Assembly (NCBI GenBank): GCA_037137655.1
Contig: JBAXJX010000001.1
Span: 97,188-161,187, forward strand
DNA length: 64,000 nt
Direction: 5' to 3'
From: Candidatus Falkowbacteria bacterium
GTDB taxonomy: Bacteria > Patescibacteriota > Patescibacteriia > Patescibacteriales > UBA12465
Shown here: positions 9,963 to 20,797 of the stretch, in pieces
How positions within the stretch are numbered: the stretch's first letter is position 1
How the letters are laid out: each line of letters begins with the position of its first letter
The notes under the pieces: model-generated
Seen by the model: the letters and a program-made list of their open reading frames with translations, nothing else
What the model was told of the DNA's origin: nothing
Databases searched by the model: none
Made by a program: the position numbers and the translations under genes

Positions 9963-9994
9963 CGCCAAGTCTTAGCGGAATCCAAGACTTGGCG
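9963..9994 (+). other. Perfect 11-bp stem hairpin between atpE and atpF (no T-run)
   Basis: CGCCAAGTCTT-agcggaatcc-AAGACTTGGCG. It is not followed by a U-tract. Confidence 0.6.
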
Positions 9995-10029
9995 TCGGTT
10001 AGTTTATTATTTTATTTGTATTAAAATAT

Positions 10030-10518
10030 ATGGAATCAATTATTTCTACCTTTCATATCGATTGGAAATTGTTAATCGCGCAGGCGGTTAATTTTGCCAT
10101 TATCTTTTTTGTGCTTTACCGTTTTGCTTTTAAACCAATTGCGAAAGTGATGCAAGAAAGAACCGAAACTATTGAAAAAAGTTTACAAGAAGCCAAGGAT
10201 ATTGAGGCCAAACTTAGTGCCACCGAAATCGAACGGGGCGAAATTATTGCTAACGCCAAAAAAGATGCTTTAGCAATTATGGAAAATGCGAATAAAACTG
10301 CTGAAGATAATCGTCAGAAATTAGTTGAAAAAACTAAAGATGAAATTGCTAAAATTATTAAACGCGAAAAAGAGGGAATTGAGGCTGATAAAGTTGCTAT
10401 GATGAAAGAATTGAAACAGGACTTGGCGGAATTAGTAATTTTGGCCACAGAAAAAGTGATTAACGAAAAGATGAGTGATGTTAAAGACAAAAGTTTAATT
10501 GCGGAAATCATTAAATAG
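10030..10518 (+). CDS. atpF: F0 ATP synthase subunit b
   Basis: N-terminal TM helix followed by a long charged coiled coil. Operon position fits. Confidence 0.9.
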   Translation: MESIISTFHIDWKLLIAQAVNFAIIFFVLYRFAFKPIAKVMQERTETIEKSLQEAKDIEAKLSATEIERGEIIANAKKDALAIMENANKTAEDNRQKLVEKTKDEIAKIIKREKEGIEADKVAMMKELKQDLAELVILATEKVINEKMSDVKDKSLIAEIIK

Positions 10519-10521
10519 TTT

Positions 10522-10923
10522 ATGAAAATAACACCAAAACAATACGCTCAGAGTTTATATGAATTAGCGGCTGACAAACCAGAAGCTGAGGTTTTAGTGG
10601 TGTTAAAAACTTTTGTAGAAATGCTTATAAAAAATTTGGATTACGGTAAAATTGATGAAATATTGGCTAATTTCGCCAGAATTTATGATGAAGCACATGG
10701 TGAATTGGCGGTTAACTTAAGTAGCGCTCGAACTTTAAGCGCTGAATCAGAAAGTGATATTGCCAACTATCTAAAAAATAAAACTGGTTTTAGTAAAATA
10801 AATTTTTCTACCAAAATCGATACAGCTCTTATTGGCGGTATGGTGGTGCGTTACGGCGACAAGATTTTGGATGCTAGTTTAAAAAATAATTTAAATAATT
10901 TAAAAGATAAAATAAGTCAATAA
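10522..10923 (+). CDS. atpH: F1 ATP synthase subunit delta (short, 133 aa)
   Basis: Lies between atpF and atpA. The C-terminal [22 protein letters not shown] is OSCP-like. Confidence 0.85.
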   Translation: MKITPKQYAQSLYELAADKPEAEVLVVLKTFVEMLIKNLDYGKIDEILANFARIYDEAHGELAVNLSSARTLSAESESDIANYLKNKTGFSKINFSTKIDTALIGGMVVRYGDKILDASLKNNLNNLKDKISQ

Positions 10924-10927
10924 TAAT

Positions 10928-12445
10928 ATGGCGAATAAAGATTTTATAATTGAACAGATTAAAAAGCAGATTAGTGATTTTAAAAATGAAATCAAAGAAC
11001 AAACTGTTGGTCGTGTTTTGAAAGTGTCTGATGGTATTGCTTTGATCTCCGGTTTAGCTGATGTCATGATGAGTGAAATTTTGATTTTTAAATCCAATGG
11101 TCATGAAATTTCTGGTGTGGCTTTGAACTTAGAAGAGAATATGGTTGGTGCAATTATTCTAGGCGAATTTACTATGATTAAGGAAGGTGATGAAGTACTA
11201 TCAACTAAAAGAATTTTGGAAGTTCCGGTTGGTGAAAAGTTAATTGGTCGAGTTGTTAATCCTCTTGGCGAACCAATTGATGGTAAAGGTAAAATTGAAG
11301 CGGCTGCCTTTTATCCAGTGGAAAAAATTGCGCCGGGTGTTATTACTCGCGCTTCAGTGAAAGATCCGATGCAAACTGGCATTAAGGCGATTGATGCTAT
11401 GATTCCAATTGGTCGTGGTCAACGTGAGCTTATTATTGGTGATCGTCAAATTGGTAAAACAGCGATTGCGATTGATGCAATTATCAACCAAAAAGGCCAA
11501 AACATGAAATGTATTTATGTTGGTATTGGTCAAAAAGAATCTAAGGTAGCTAATATCGTAGCTAAGTTAGAAGAATCTGGGGCCATGGAATATACCACCA
11601 TTGTTTTGGCTGGCGCTTCCAATCCATCTTCCTTATTATATATTGCGCCGTATGCCGGTTGTGCGATGGCCGAATATTTTTTAGACAAAGGTGAAGATGT
11701 TTTAATTGTTTATGATGATTTATCAAAACACGCCGTCGCTTATCGCGAAATCTCTTTGTTATTGCGCCGCCCACCGGGACGTGAAGCTTATCCGGGCGAT
11801 GTCTTTTATTTACATTCCCGACTACTCGAAAGAGCTTGTAAATTAAGTGCTGAATTTGGTGGTGGTTCAATTACCGCTTTGCCAATTATCGAAACTCAAG
11901 CCGGTGATGTCTCCGCTTATATTCCAACTAACGTGATTTCCATTACTGATGGTCAAATTTATTTGGAACCAGATTTATTTTACCAAGGTAATCGTCCAGC
12001 GGTGAATGCTGGCTTGTCAGTTTCGCGCGTTGGTTCTTCCGCTCAAATTAAAGCTATGAAAAAAGTGGCTGGCAAAATGCGTTTGGAAGCAGCCCAATAT
12101 CGTGAATTGGCGGCTTTCGCGCAATTTGGCTCAGATTTGGATATCGATACTAAAAATAAATTGGAACGCGGTAAACGTTTATATGAAATTTTAAAACAAG
12201 ATCAATACGCGCCAGTAGCCGTGGAGAAACAAGTTTTGCTTTACTATGGTTTGATTAATGGATTTTTTGACAATGTCCCGGTTGATCATGTCCGTGAATT
12301 TGAAGCTGGCTTATTAAAATATGCCGACTTAAATAATGACGCTTTGAAATTAATTGTGGACAAAAAAGAATTAAGCGAGGAAGTGGAAGTAGCAGTTAAA
12401 AAAGTGTTGGAAGATTATAAAGCGACTTTGGATTATTTAATTTAA
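10928..12445 (+). CDS. atpA: F1 ATP synthase subunit alpha
   Basis: P-loop GDRQIGKT. 505 aa, conserved throughout. Confidence 0.98.
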   Translation: MANKDFIIEQIKKQISDFKNEIKEQTVGRVLKVSDGIALISGLADVMMSEILIFKSNGHEISGVALNLEENMVGAIILGEFTMIKEGDEVLSTKRILEVPVGEKLIGRVVNPLGEPIDGKGKIEAAAFYPVEKIAPGVITRASVKDPMQTGIKAIDAMIPIGRGQRELIIGDRQIGKTAIAIDAIINQKGQNMKCIYVGIGQKESKVANIVAKLEESGAMEYTTIVLAGASNPSSLLYIAPYAGCAMAEYFLDKGEDVLIVYDDLSKHAVAYREISLLLRRPPGREAYPGDVFYLHSRLLERACKLSAEFGGGSITALPIIETQAGDVSAYIPTNVISITDGQIYLEPDLFYQGNRPAVNAGLSVSRVGSSAQIKAMKKVAGKMRLEAAQYRELAAFAQFGSDLDIDTKNKLERGKRLYEILKQDQYAPVAVEKQVLLYYGLINGFFDNVPVDHVREFEAGLLKYADLNNDALKLIVDKKELSEEVEVAVKKVLEDYKATLDYLI

Positions 12446-12447
12446 TT

Positions 12448-13317
12448 ATGGCTCAGACTAAAGAAATATCCCGCCGCATCAAATCAATTGCTAGTACTAA
12501 AAAAATTACTAAGGCAATGGAAATGGTGGCTGCGGCCAAAATGAGAAAAGCGAGCGAAGCCGTTTTAAAAACTCGGGCTTACGCTCATTTGAGTTGGGAA
12601 ACAATTTTAAACTTATCTCGTTTAGCCCAAAGCAAAAATCAAGATTTACATCCTTTGCTTAGTAAGCGGGCTGAGGTGAAGCGTGTGGCTGTAATTTTAA
12701 TTACTTCCAACCGCGGTTTATGTGGTGGTTTTAATGCTGCAATAATTAATAAGGTTAGAGATGCTATTCAAAAAGATGGACTTCCAGCCGATATGATTTT
12801 GGTGGGACGAAAAGGTGCGATTTTACATAATCAAGGTTATGAAGTTGTGGCCGAATTTCCAAAAGCTGATTTGCTTGTAAATTCTAACGAAACCAATCCG
12901 ATCGCCTTGCTAGCTATTGCTGATTTTTTGTCCGGTAAATATGATAAAGTTTTATTAGCTTATACTGATTTTGTTAGTCCGGTAAAACAAGTTCCACGCG
13001 TTAAACAATTATTGCCAGTAGAAATGGATAGTGAAAGTGAAGATGAAGAATTGACTAGTGATTACACTTTTGAGCCGAGTCCAAGTGAAGTTTTAAATCT
13101 AATGATTCCGAAATTGGTGGAAGTCCAATTGTATCAAGCTTTACTTGAATCGAATGCCGCGGAGCACAGCGCTCGGATGACTTCCATGCATCAAGCGACT
13201 GAAGCGGCAACTGATATGGTGAGCGAATTAACTTTGTATTATAACAAAGCGCGTCAAGCTTCGATTACAGCTGAAATTGCAGAAATTAGTGCTGGGGCTA
13301 ACGCTTTAAATGAATAA
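12448..13317 (+). CDS. atpG: F1 ATP synthase subunit gamma
   Basis: N-terminal IKSIASTKKITKAMEMVAAAKMRKA and C-terminal ITAEIAEISAGANAL. Confidence 0.95.
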   Translation: MAQTKEISRRIKSIASTKKITKAMEMVAAAKMRKASEAVLKTRAYAHLSWETILNLSRLAQSKNQDLHPLLSKRAEVKRVAVILITSNRGLCGGFNAAIINKVRDAIQKDGLPADMILVGRKGAILHNQGYEVVAEFPKADLLVNSNETNPIALLAIADFLSGKYDKVLLAYTDFVSPVKQVPRVKQLLPVEMDSESEDEELTSDYTFEPSPSEVLNLMIPKLVEVQLYQALLESNAAEHSARMTSMHQATEAATDMVSELTLYYNKARQASITAEIAEISAGANALNE

Positions 13318-13321
13318 TTAA

Positions 13322-14743
<1,422 letters not shown>

Positions 14744-14751
14744 AATATTTT

Positions 14752-15186
14752 ATGTCTGAAAATAAAACTATAAAATTCGAAATCGTGACTCCAGAAAGAA
14801 CTGTTTTAAAAGAGCAGGTTCTACAAGTAACTGTACCAACGGCTGATGGTGAAATTACAGTTTTGCCCCACCATATTCCTTTGGTCTCAATCTTGCGTCC
14901 TGGTGTGATTGAAGTAAAAAATGAAGCGGGGGAGATGGAAATTATTGCTTGCTCCGGTGGTTTTATTGAGGTGGCTCATGATAAAATTGTAATCTTAGCT
15001 GATACTGCAGAACGGGCGATCGAGCTTGATGAAGCTCGAATTGAAGAAGCGCGCGCTAAAGCAGAGGAACTCAAGAAAAATAAAGATGTCGATGCGGTTA
15101 AATTCGCTGAGGCGAGTGCCATGATTGAAAAACAATTGGCCCGAACCCGAGCAGTTCGTCGCTGGCGCAAATTAAAAAATTTATAG
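14752..15186 (+). CDS. atpC: F1 ATP synthase subunit epsilon
   Basis: N-terminal beta-sandwich (KFEIVTPERTV...) followed by a C-terminal helical hairpin. Last atp gene. Confidence 0.95.
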   Translation: MSENKTIKFEIVTPERTVLKEQVLQVTVPTADGEITVLPHHIPLVSILRPGVIEVKNEAGEMEIIACSGGFIEVAHDKIVILADTAERAIELDEARIEEARAKAEELKKNKDVDAVKFAEASAMIEKQLARTRAVRRWRKLKNL

Positions 15187-15196
15187 TTCGAAATAT

Positions 15197-15736
15197 ATGA
15201 AATTTTTAAAATTGTTAAAAGTTGTTTTATTTCCACCACGCGTAACTGAAAAAGCCAAGAGTTTTAAAGACTCGGGTGATAAAGAATTTGAAGCCGTGGG
15301 AGAAGAAGTGAAAAAGTTAGTAAAAGATTTATATAACGGTCGCTCTTTGCGCATTCGAGCCGTTGATGGTGGCTCGACTAATGGAGAAGAGATTGAGATG
15401 ACCGCTTTGGGAAATGCTTATTACGATATCGATCGTTTTGGTTTGAGCTTTGTGGCTTCACCACGTCATGCTGATATTTTAATGGTGACTGGTCCAGTGA
15501 CTAGAAATTTGGAAACAGCGGTTCGAACAACTTATGAAGCAACACCACATCCTTGCGTTGTCGTGGCCTTGGGAGATGGTGCTTGTACAGGTGGAATCTG
15601 GAAAGATTCTTACGCCGTAGTTGGCCCAGTAGAAGCCGTGATTCCGGTTGATGTTCGTATTCCAGGTGATCCACCAAGTCCAACTGAAATTTTACGCGGT
15701 CTCTTGCAGGCTTTGCGTGTTAAAAAAGATAACTAA
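15197..15736 (+). CDS. NuoB/HycG-like small subunit of a complex-I / group-4-hydrogenase-like module, Fe-S ligands largely missing
   Basis: DRFGLSFVASPRHADILMVTGPVTRN and VIPVDVRIPGDPP are typical of the family. The Cys motifs read VDGGSTNGEE, GDGACTGG and PGDPP. Confidence 0.85.
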   Translation: MKFLKLLKVVLFPPRVTEKAKSFKDSGDKEFEAVGEEVKKLVKDLYNGRSLRIRAVDGGSTNGEEIEMTALGNAYYDIDRFGLSFVASPRHADILMVTGPVTRNLETAVRTTYEATPHPCVVVALGDGACTGGIWKDSYAVVGPVEAVIPVDVRIPGDPPSPTEILRGLLQALRVKKDN

Positions 15737-15746
15737 CACTATTTTT

Positions 15747-17738
15747 ATGGGAATAAGTTCTATTGCTCTAATTTTTTTCGTGACTTTGTCGGTTTTAATG
15801 GCGGCGGCAATTTTTTCTTTATTTAAAAGTACTTTTAAGATTGCGTCATTTTTATTTATTTTAACTGGAGTGTGTGGCACGGTTGCTGGGGCACTTTATT
15901 TTATTAATTTTCCGGGTGCTAAAATAGTATTAACACAATTTGGTTGGTTTTTTGGCTTTGCCCCGACTCTTACTTTTGTCTCCACCATCTTTTTAACTTT
16001 GGTTAATATCGTAGCAGTGGCCGTTGGTGTTTATTCTTTGCGTTATTTGGAAATTTACAAAAATACTTACAGTCCGCTTTTAACTCAGTTTTTGATGATT
16101 GTTTTTGTGTTCGGCATGCAATGCGTGTTACTGGCGAACAATGTTTTTTCTTTTATGGTTTTTTGGGAGTTGATGTCCATCAGTTCTTTTTTCTTAGTGT
16201 TATCCGATAAATCAATTGAATCGTTTAATGCTGCTTTTTTATATTTCATCATGACCCATTTAGGCGCGCTCTCAATTTTGGGCGGCTTTTTAATTCTTGG
16301 CGGTGGATCATTAAATTTGAATTTCAGTGATTTGGCGAGCGCCAGTCAAGCTTTGTCGCCGAGTTTATTGGTTACTTCTTTTTGTTTATTGTTATTCGGC
16401 TTTGGTTCTAAGGCTGGTTTGGTTCCTTTTCATGTCTGGTTGCCGGAAGCGCATCCACAAGCTCCAAGCAATATCTCTGCTTTGATGTCTGGTTTAATGT
16501 TGAAGATTGCCGTATATGAATTTTTGTTAATCGTCCTTAGTTTTACTAATTTACCGCTTTGGATTTCTTTGTTAGTTATGGCACTTGGTTTGATCTCTGG
16601 CTTTGTCGGGGCTTTGCGCGCCGCACTAGAAACCGATATTAAACGCGTTTTTGCTTATAGTAGTATTGAGAATATGGGAATTATTTTTTCCATTCTTGGC
16701 TTAGCTCTTTTTGTATCTTCTTATCATGGCGACGTTTCTTTGGCCGCCTTTGCCTTGCCACTTATTGTCTTTGCCATATTTCACGCTATTAATCATGCTT
16801 TCTTTAAGACCGCTTTATTCCTTTCTAGTGGTGTAATTATCGGACGTTTGCATTCTCGCAGTTTGGAAATTATGGGTGGCATTGCTAAAGCCTTACCATT
16901 ATTTTCCGCTGTTTTCCTATTGGCAATTTTAGGTGCTTTGCCATTACCACCATTTGGTACTTTTTTTGGCGAATGGGGTTTTATAAAAACAATTATTTCT
17001 TTGTTTAGTTTGACGACCGATCAAACAGTGATTGCTGTATTGATTGCTAATATTTCCATGATCGGACTTATTGGTGGTTTGGCGGTGTTTGCCATGATTA
17101 AGACTTTTGCTGTTTCGATGTTAGGCTTACCACGCGATAAACACCATGAAATAAAACCAGAGGCCGGTGATAACTTATTGATTTATCCAATTTTAGTTTT
17201 GGTAGCATTAGTAATCGTGACGGGTATTTTTGCCCAAGCTCTAGTGGCTTTCTTAAAAAATCACATTATTGCTGGTAACGCTATGGCCCCAGTTTTTTCT
17301 GGCTTAGATATTTCTTCGGTATATTTATTTGGGGCGATTGCTTTGTTTGTTTTATTGGCTTATGGTTTGGCTAATTTACTTGGTCGCCGTAAACAAGAAC
17401 GGCTTTATCATACTTGGGATTGCGGCCAAGCAATTGATGCTAGTATGGAATACACTGCTACCGCTTTTGCCGCGCCAATTCGTTTTTTCTTTTCGGGTAT
17501 TATTAAACGTAACCGCGTAATTACAAGCGAACCAATCGTGCCGACTAATATTTGGATTAGAAATTATAAACATCAAATTTCAATTGATTCAGTTTTGCGT
17601 GAAAAAATTTATGAACCGATTGCGAATTTAATGGTTTATTTTTCTGATAAGATAAAAACAATCCAAAATGGCAGAATCCAATATTACTTATTAATATTAT
17701 TCTGTACTTTAATTATTGTATTAAGCATTGCCTTATGA
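15747..17738 (+). CDS. HyfB/NuoL/MrpA-like antiporter-type membrane subunit
   Basis: Polytopic. The motif VPFHVWLPEAHPQAPSNISALMSG is typical of the NuoL/M/N family. The start was moved to the ATG at 15747 (MGISSIALIFF...), 11 nt after the upstream stop. The track start at 15648 overlaps the upstream gene by about 90 nt. Confidence 0.85.
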   Translation: MGISSIALIFFVTLSVLMAAAIFSLFKSTFKIASFLFILTGVCGTVAGALYFINFPGAKIVLTQFGWFFGFAPTLTFVSTIFLTLVNIVAVAVGVYSLRYLEIYKNTYSPLLTQFLMIVFVFGMQCVLLANNVFSFMVFWELMSISSFFLVLSDKSIESFNAAFLYFIMTHLGALSILGGFLILGGGSLNLNFSDLASASQALSPSLLVTSFCLLLFGFGSKAGLVPFHVWLPEAHPQAPSNISALMSGLMLKIAVYEFLLIVLSFTNLPLWISLLVMALGLISGFVGALRAALETDIKRVFAYSSIENMGIIFSILGLALFVSSYHGDVSLAAFALPLIVFAIFHAINHAFFKTALFLSSGVIIGRLHSRSLEIMGGIAKALPLFSAVFLLAILGALPLPPFGTFFGEWGFIKTIISLFSLTTDQTVIAVLIANISMIGLIGGLAVFAMIKTFAVSMLGLPRDKHHEIKPEAGDNLLIYPILVLVALVIVTGIFAQALVAFLKNHIIAGNAMAPVFSGLDISSVYLFGAIALFVLLAYGLANLLGRRKQERLYHTWDCGQAIDASMEYTATAFAAPIRFFFSGIIKRNRVITSEPIVPTNIWIRNYKHQISIDSVLREKIYEPIANLMVYFSDKIKTIQNGRIQYYLLILFCTLIIVLSIAL

Positions 17739-19327
17739 TATTAAATCAAATTTTTGCAACAATTTTGCAAACCATTTTAATTTTATTACTTGCGCCTTTT
17801 GCGGTGGGGCTAACTCGCTTTTTAAAGGCTCGTTTTCAAGGTCGTCGTGGACCATCACCTTTTTTACCGTACTTCGCTTTGGCGACTATGTTCCGTCGTG
17901 AAATGGTAATTTCTAAATCAACTTCTTGGGTTTTTCGCGCGGCACCATTTGTGGTTTTTGCCTCATCTTTAGCCTTGGCTTTGATGTTACCACTCGTTTT
18001 TCGTTTTGGTATTTTTGGATCCTTGGGTGATTTTTTGGTAATTTCCGGTATTGTGATGCTCGGTTCCATTTTCTTGGTTTTTGGCGGTATGGATGCGGCC
18101 AGTGCTTTCGGTGGTATGGGTTCAAGCCGCGAAATGACTTTAGCCGCACTATCGGAAACTTCATTAATTTTAATTTTTGCGACTTTAAGTTTTGTAAATA
18201 AATCATTTCAAGTGGATAATTTATTTGGCGCTCAAAGCGTAGTGGCTCATCCTTATTTATTATTATCGATGTTTGCTTTTGTACTTATTTCTTTGGCGGA
18301 GAATGCACGTTATCCAGTTGACAATCCAGCGACGCACTTAGAACTAACAATGGTGCATGAAGCGATGACGATTGAATATTCTGGTCGCTACTTGGCCTTG
18401 TTGGAATATGCTTCCGCTCTAAAATTAACAGCCTTTTTAATTCTAATCGCTAATTTTTTATTTCCAGCTTTAAGCAGCGCTAACCTTAGTTTGGTTGGCA
18501 TCTTACTGGCCTTATTATTTACCATTCTTAAAGTTAGCGTGCTATGCGCAGTCTTAGCTTTCTTTGAATCTGTTTTTGTGAAGATGCGTTTTTATCGCAT
18601 GAATGAATATTTGTCTTTAGCTTTTTTTGTCGCTTTGTTTGGCTTGATTGTGACTTTATCAGTTATTGGCTTAAATTTTGATTACGCCACTATTTGGGCG
18701 GCCTTGGCAATTTTCTTTGTTGTTTTCTTATTTGGTCGCGTTCGTCTTAATTCTATTTTGCGTTATTATGCTTTATCTTCGATTGCGATCGCTGGCATGG
18801 CCTACAATTTAGCTTTGAGTTCAGAACCGACTGAGGCGCTACATTTATGGATTTTTGCCGGAATTACAATTGCGATTAAAGTAATTTTAGTGCCGCTTAT
18901 TATTCGGACTGCTGAACGTCGTCAAAAACTCACTGCTAATTTACAATCGTTTTTGCGTCCAGCCTCCAGTTATTTCTTAGCTATTATTTTATTGTTGGTA
19001 ATTTATTGTGCCTTACATCGTAGTGCTGTAGAAGGCATAATTGCCTGGAGTAATATGATTTATGTGGCAGTAGTTTTGTCAGTTCTTGGATTAGCGACCA
19101 TGATTGTTCATCGTAATGTTTTCTCTCAGATTATTGGATTATTTATTGTGGAAAACGGTATCGCTGTCTTTATTTTAGCGACAGTAAAATCATTACCGCT
19201 GTTATTGGAGTTAGGTATTTTTGCGGTTGTAGCTCTTAGCGCTGTTATTTTATCAATTCTTAGTTCACAAATTAGAGAACAATATGGTTCCACGGACACG
19301 GAGAACCTACGTAATTTAACTGAATAA
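17735..19327 (+). CDS. Fusion of HycD/HyfC (NuoH-like) and HyfE (NuoK-like) membrane subunits
   Basis: The N-terminal roughly 310 aa have FLKARFQGRRGPSPF and HLELTMVHEAMTIEYSG (HycD/NuoH-like). The C-terminal roughly 215 aa have QIIGLFIVENGIAVFILA (HyfE-like). The ATGA start overlaps the upstream stop. Confidence 0.8.
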   Translation: MILNQIFATILQTILILLLAPFAVGLTRFLKARFQGRRGPSPFLPYFALATMFRREMVISKSTSWVFRAAPFVVFASSLALALMLPLVFRFGIFGSLGDFLVISGIVMLGSIFLVFGGMDAASAFGGMGSSREMTLAALSETSLILIFATLSFVNKSFQVDNLFGAQSVVAHPYLLLSMFAFVLISLAENARYPVDNPATHLELTMVHEAMTIEYSGRYLALLEYASALKLTAFLILIANFLFPALSSANLSLVGILLALLFTILKVSVLCAVLAFFESVFVKMRFYRMNEYLSLAFFVALFGLIVTLSVIGLNFDYATIWAALAIFFVVFLFGRVRLNSILRYYALSSIAIAGMAYNLALSSEPTEALHLWIFAGITIAIKVILVPLIIRTAERRQKLTANLQSFLRPASSYFLAIILLLVIYCALHRSAVEGIIAWSNMIYVAVVLSVLGLATMIVHRNVFSQIIGLFIVENGIAVFILATVKSLPLLLELGIFAVVALSAVILSILSSQIREQYGSTDTENLRNLTE

Positions 19328-19328
19328 T

Positions 19329-20786
19329 ATGAATATTTTTATTATTGCTTTTGCATTTTTAGCGAGTTTAATTTCTTTTTTACTGCCATCACAAAAAGTG
19401 GTGCGTCGGATTGGTGGTATTTTTGCGGCTGTTAATTTTGCGGCTGTGCTAATTTTGGTTTGGCCATATTTAAGTGGCGCCCAAAGAGTTTTTGATGGTG
19501 GCTGGTGGTTAATTGATAGTTTTTCGGCGTTAATGTTGTTGTTGGTTTCCTTTTTATATTTAGCTGCCGCTCTAGTTAGTAATCGCTACCTTAAACATGA
19601 ACACGAAGAAGGAATAATTAGTGATAAAAAAGTTAAACTTTATTTTTCGTTATTACATTTATTTGCTTTGTCGATGTTGGTAGTGTTGCTAGCTAACAAT
19701 ACTTTGTTATTGTGGATCGCTTTAGAGATGACGACTTTATCCTCCGTTTTTTTGGTTGGTTTTTATAAACAAAAATCTTCCATTGAAGCGGCGTGGAAAT
19801 ATGTGATTATTTGTTCCACTGGTATTACCTTGGGACTGATCGGTATTTTATTTTTCAGTTACGGTGCTGGACTAGCTAGCGGTGGCCTAGCGACTATTTT
19901 TTCTTTAAGTGCTTTAATCGCGCAAGCGGCGACAATTCCAGCGGCGATTGCTAAAATTGCTTTCGTCTTTATTTTTGTTGGTTTTGGTGTGAAGGTTGGT
20001 TTAGTACCAATGTATTCTTGGTTGCCAGATGCTCACAGTAAAGCACCATCACCAATCTCCGCTTTCTTTTCTGGTATTTTATTAAATGTTGCCTTGTATG
20101 TAATTATTCGTTTCCAAGTTTTAACTAACGCGGTTATTGGAAACAGTCAGTGGACCACAACTTTATTTTTAGTTTTTGGTTTGGCTTCAGTTTTGTTGCC
20201 GGTGTTTATGATGATTACCCAAAAGAATTACAAACGCTTATTGGCTTATTCTAGTATTGAGCATATGGGTTTGATATTGCTAGCTTTATCAGTACCACCG
20301 CTTGGTATTATTGCAGCCATCATTCATATGATTGGTCACACTTTAGCGAAATCGAGTTTATTTTTTGGCGCCGGTGAAATTTTAATTGCTTACAAAACTA
20401 CTAGTATTGATAAAGTGCGAAATCTATTTAAAAACATTCCACGCACTGGCCTCTTATTTGTGTTAGGAATTTTGGTAATTATTGGTTTACCGCCAACCGC
20501 TTTGTTTATTAGTGAATATACGATGTTTGCCGCTTTAATTAAAGCTCATCTTGGTATCGCTTTGTTGGTGTTTGCGGCTTTGAGCGCGATTGCTTTTGCC
20601 ATGTTACGTTTAACAATCATGATGACTTTGCCAGATTCAAGTGCACCAGTTATGCCGAAAGAGAAATGGAACATTACTCATGTTGTTATGATCAGTGAAA
20701 TTATTTTAGTGGTGTTATTATCATTTTGGATATCATCACCAAGCGGTATGAATTTTATTAATTCAATTGCGCGCAATTTGATTTAA
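19329..20786 (+). CDS. HyfF/NuoN/MrpD-like antiporter-type membrane subunit
   Basis: VPMYSWLPDAHSKAPSPISAFFSG and LLAYSSIEHMG. Confidence 0.85.
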   Translation: MNIFIIAFAFLASLISFLLPSQKVVRRIGGIFAAVNFAAVLILVWPYLSGAQRVFDGGWWLIDSFSALMLLLVSFLYLAAALVSNRYLKHEHEEGIISDKKVKLYFSLLHLFALSMLVVLLANNTLLLWIALEMTTLSSVFLVGFYKQKSSIEAAWKYVIICSTGITLGLIGILFFSYGAGLASGGLATIFSLSALIAQAATIPAAIAKIAFVFIFVGFGVKVGLVPMYSWLPDAHSKAPSPISAFFSGILLNVALYVIIRFQVLTNAVIGNSQWTTTLFLVFGLASVLLPVFMMITQKNYKRLLAYSSIEHMGLILLALSVPPLGIIAAIIHMIGHTLAKSSLFFGAGEILIAYKTTSIDKVRNLFKNIPRTGLLFVLGILVIIGLPPTALFISEYTMFAALIKAHLGIALLVFAALSAIAFAMLRLTIMMTLPDSSAPVMPKEKWNITHVVMISEIILVVLLSFWISSPSGMNFINSIARNLI

Positions 20787-20797
20787 TTATAAACCTT

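Noticed and set aside
15648-15746. Upstream start (15648) for the HyfB-like gene and track start 61512 for the last membrane protein
   Set aside because: 15648 overlaps the preceding gene by about 90 nt and adds a non-hydrophobic, unconserved-looking leader. The ATG at 15747 follows the upstream stop by 11 nt. 61512 is a GTG inside the terminator stem, and the ATG at 61596 follows a promoter-like element.
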